64,000 nt of DNA from Octopus vulgaris (lineage: Eukaryota), in assembly GCA_951406725.2 (NCBI GenBank), contig OX597821.1, positions 18,104,001 through 18,168,000 of the forward strand, given 5' to 3'. The notes under the pieces are model-generated. The model saw only the letters and a list, made by a program, of their open reading frames with translations. It searched no databases and had not been told where the DNA came from. The translations under genes and the position numbers were made by a program. Positions 58,810-64,000 of this stretch are shown here, piece after piece. Position 1 is the stretch's first letter. Each line of letters begins with the position of its first letter.

Positions 58810-59636
58810 CATACATATGACATAGAGGCTGGAGACTGGCTGCATAGATGACAGCTCGTATTCTATTATAGAAAAATTTCACCAGATCTCTGCCCTGGAG
58901 AAGTCTTCCCAACATTGTTGCATATCTTCTTATTAATGACATAGCTATGTTTACATGCCAGTGTTTCGTTCTAGAAGCGGGAGAAATACAAATCAATACA
59001 TAATACAGATATACATATACATATGTGTATGCGTGTATGTATGTATTATGTATGCCTTATATATATCCTTAATATGCATGTCTGTGTGCATGTGTGTGTG
59101 TGTAATAAAAGTAGAATAGGCGATAGCAATTCGGCCCGTGTTACATATGTTTTAGTAGCATGGGATTTCATTCATTATTTGAGCATTACAAAATCTTCCC
59201 ACATCATCGGGCACCCGAAAATGAAGATGACCAAAATCGATCTTACATGAATGGCTGAATAATAGACCAAAGTAAAACTTGAATTTTCAGTTTAGTTAAA
59301 AAATACGATGTAGCGTTTTAGCAAGACCACTTTACATAAACTTGCAAAGGCCTCCTTGTAAGTTGCAAACTCCAGTAAAACAAAATTTGAAAGAAGAGCA
59401 ATAGTATTTCATTTCAGATTTGTGGCTTGATTGCAGAGACCCAAATATTTAATGAAAAGCTGGATAAACGATTCAAAATCGTTATCAATTCAAAGATGGA
59501 AAATATACAAAATTAAGAATGTGTCCAAACCACGTCGTTTTGTTGAGGACTAAAAGTGATCTGATGCTAACACATGTCTGACGACAGATACTTAATCTGA
59601 TCTATGCATTAGCAGAATTTTTTTTTTTTGCAACAT

Positions 59637-60057
59637 AGGCGCAGGAGTGGCTGTGTGGTAAGTAGCTTGCTTACCAACCACATGGTTCCGGGTTCAGTCC
59701 CACTGCGTGGCATCTTGGCCAAGTGTCTTCTGCTATAGCCCCAGGCCGACCAATGCCTTGTGAGTGGATTTGATAGACGGAAACTGAAAGGAGCCTGTCG
59801 TATATATGTATATATATATATAAGTGTGTGTGTATATGTTTGTGTGTCTGTGTTTGTCCCTCTAGCATTGCTTGACAACCGATGCTGGTGTGTTTACGTC
59901 CCCGTAACTTAGCGGTTCGGCAAAAGAGACCGATAGAATAAGTACTGGGCTTACAAAGAATAAGTCCCGGGGTCGATTTGCTCGACTAAAGGCGGTGCTC
60001 CAGCATAGCCGCAGTCAAATGACTGAAACAAGTATAAGAGTATAAGAGTATAAGAAT
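59637..60057 (+). mobile_element. tRNA-derived SINE (family A), full length
   Basis: GGCGCAGGAGTGGCTGTGTGG head, B-box, (agtataag)n tail. Confidence 0.85.
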
Positions 60058-60300
60058 ATCTTTAATTCTCCATTCTTTTATCTAAATTATTGACATTTAC
60101 TCTACGAAGGTTATCGTATACCTAGCTGGTGTACATGCCTTGGATTTTCGGAACGCTCTACTATTAATTAACTAATAAATAGGTTAGTTTTTACACCAGT
60201 TTCTGAACACTTTGTTACTCAGGTTCTTGCATGAAGTGCTGCTGAAGTGATTGTCTGGATTCTAGTCAACCCCAAGTTTATTGTATATATGTCTGTATAT

Positions 60301-60350
<50 letters not shown>

Positions 60351-60967
60351 TTATAAATATATTCATATATATATACATTCGTACACACGTACATAAATAC
60401 ATACATATGTTTATGTGTGCGCGCACTCGTGTATGTAGGTATGTGTATAATGTGTATATATATGTGTGTGTGTGTGTGCGTGTGTGTGTGCGTGTGCGTG
60501 TGCGTGTGTGTGTGTGCGTGTGTGTGTGTGTGCGCGTGTGTGTCTGTGTGTATATATATTTATAAACAAGGGCAAAAAGAAAAAATCTCTGTCAATATGC
60601 TGAAAAATAGACGCTAAATCGTCTAACCACATAAAATACTTTCATTGATATTGCTATGCCACGTGTCAAACGAGGAAAGCAAGCTAAGAGAAATTCATAA
60701 GAATATTGTTATCCCCGAATCGGTTCCGATTTCTGGATTAATCTTTTTGCCCTTATTTATTATAGTATTTGTAATCTTCACCTTTTATCCTTATATTAGA
60801 AGTAGATTAATTCTCATTCACTTCGGGACTGGTTAGCCACTTGTGTGCGTTTCCTGACCGACTACACTTGTTTCGAGGCTTGCTACAGAATTTCTATTTG
60901 GATATAGCTGGGGTACTTAATTGTATTCATGACTTTGCAACTGCTTTTCCGTGGGTATGTCTAAATA

Positions 60968-61274
60968 TCTTTATATATAAAATTGAAGTTGTGTGTGTGA
61001 GACTCTGTCTCCTCCGATTTAGATTCCTAACTACTCCCACATTTTGCGGTGCAGTTTAACCAAAAGCGGGTATCTTATAGTCGTCATTCATATCGAGCCC
61101 TTCTGGGTATTAGCGCGAGTCTACGATGAGTCTGCGATTTAAAAAAAAATTTACCATCATTTTTCAGCATTTTTAATGATTTTTGCTCGGGTTATATAAG
61201 GGAAGTAACTCTCTAAAAATGCTTATATAGTTATTTCCCTTACAAACCCGAGCAACGCCGGGCGATACTGCTAG
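60968..61274 (+). mobile_element. Non-autonomous Helitron
   Basis: A|TC...hairpin...CTAG|T. Homologous to 22808-23188. Confidence 0.88.
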
Positions 61275-61297
61275 TTTCATCTATTTTCATTTTGTGT

Positions 61298-61359
61298 TCC
61301 TCGTTGATGAAGGAAGAATCCTTTTTGGATTAATCCAGAAATCGGAACCGATTCGGGGA
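61298..61359 (+). ncRNA. Type I hammerhead-like motif
   Basis: tcctcg-TTGATGA-a-gga..aatcc(ttttt)ggatt..tcc-a-GAA-ATCGG(aa)CCGAT-T-cgggga. C3U core variant. Confidence 0.68.
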
Positions 61360-61609
61360 TAACTATATTTTTGTGAATTTCTCTTAGCTTGCTTTCCTCG
61401 TTTCGACAAGTGGTATAGTAATACAAGTGAAAATGTTTTATGTGGTTAGACTATTTTTCAGCATATTGACAAAGAAATTTTTTTTTTCTTTTTGCCCTTA
61501 TTTATAATTGTATTTATAATTATTTCACCTCAAAAGATATTTTTCATACGCTGGCCACTGAGGAAATTTTTTAAATAGAATTTTATTCTTATATTCCTTA
61601 TATTAGAAG

Positions 61610-61711
<102 letters not shown>

Positions 61712-61716
61712 CATAA

Positions 61717-61777
<61 letters not shown>

Positions 61778-61779
<2 letters not shown>

Positions 61780-62782
61780 ACTTATAAGTAAGGGCTAAAT
61801 AAAATTATTTCAATGCCAATATGCTGATAACAGACTATTAAATCGTCAATTTCCACATATTATTTACTCGCTACAGAAAAAACACAAAGAACTGAAATCG
61901 GGGAAACCGGCCGATAGAATTTTTTTTAAAAAGTTCGTTATTTCTATATTGAATCAATTTTGGAATTAATCTCATAAAAGATTCTTTCCTCTTCGGTAGA
62001 ACATACGAAAGGATATAAATAAGATACTTACATGCGCCCATGGAAAAAGCCGAAGCAAAAATCATGAGTACCCCAGATATATCTAAAAAATAAAATTCTT
62101 TGGTCAGCCTCAGCACAACGTGTTGACTGTTCTCCACTACAGGTTATAGTTGTTACCAGTCCCTATAGCGAGTAGTAATAAGTCTGCTACTAATATAGGA
62201 TGAAGTTTTTTTTTCTACAGAAAAAGAATTCCATCAAAAAATATGGCAGCATATTAAAATACCTTTACGGTTAAAATTATAAACAACTTATAAGTAAGTG
62301 CTAAAGAAAATTATTTCAATGCCAATATGCTGATAACAGACTTTTAAATCGTCAATTTCCACATATTATTTACTCGCTACAGAAGAAAACACGAAGAACT
62401 GAGATCGGGGAAGCCGGCCGATAGAATTTTTTTTTAATTTCTTTATTTCTATATTGAATCAATTTCGGAATTAATCTCATAAAAGATTATTTCCTCTTCA
62501 GTAGAACATACGAAAGGATATAAATAAGATACTTACATGCGCCCATGGAAAAAGCCGAAGCAAAAATCATGAGTACATATAAGTACCCCATTTCTGTAGC
62601 GAGTAAATAATATGTGGAAATTGAAGATTTAATAGTCTGTTATCAGCATATTGGCATTGAAATAATTTTCTTTAGCCCTTACTTATAAGTTGTTTATAAT
62701 TTTAACCGTAAAGGTATTTTAATATGCTGCCACATTTCTTGATGGAATTCTTTTTCTGTAGCAAAAATAACTTCATCCTATA
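61778..62782. repeat. ~295-bp direct repeat plus ~190-bp inverted copy
   Basis: 61778-62070 matches 62284-62577. 62591-62782 is the reverse complement of about 62195-62385. Confidence 0.85.
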
Positions 62783-62783
62783 T

Positions 62784-64000
<1,217 letters not shown>

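Larger units (their letters stand above)
60560..61508 (+). mobile_element. Inverted-repeat element (~180-bp arms) with a hammerhead, interrupted by a Helitron
   Basis: 60560-60742 is inverted relative to about 61326-61508. Confidence 0.8.

Overview
Eukaryotic, microsatellite-saturated DNA. The SINE families and repeat landscape point to an octopus or other coleoid cephalopod (inference). The only host gene I can support is a minus-strand neuroligin-like/type-B carboxylesterase gene. It has three coding exons (48286-48792, 10173-10328, 7014-7161), a 38-kb intron, and continues off the left edge of the window. The rest is intronic or upstream: R4/Dong-type RLE retrotransposon ends in (TAA)n, a decayed Tx1/L1-like LINE, a Penelope element with an inverted pLTR, a 5'-inverted RTE with a TSD, Helitrons, a DD37D Tc1/mariner, pogo and mariner MITEs, MULE remnants, and four tRNA-derived SINE families. 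The most notable unannotated signal is about 12 type I hammerhead-ribozyme-like motifs with different stems around a shared core. They sit in short dispersed elements and fold-back hairpins that abut (TA)n tracts, consistent with a Penelope/retrozyme-like system. Almost all long ORFs in the supplied track are microsatellite artefacts. Element boundaries are approximate unless a TSD, TIR or splice site is cited.
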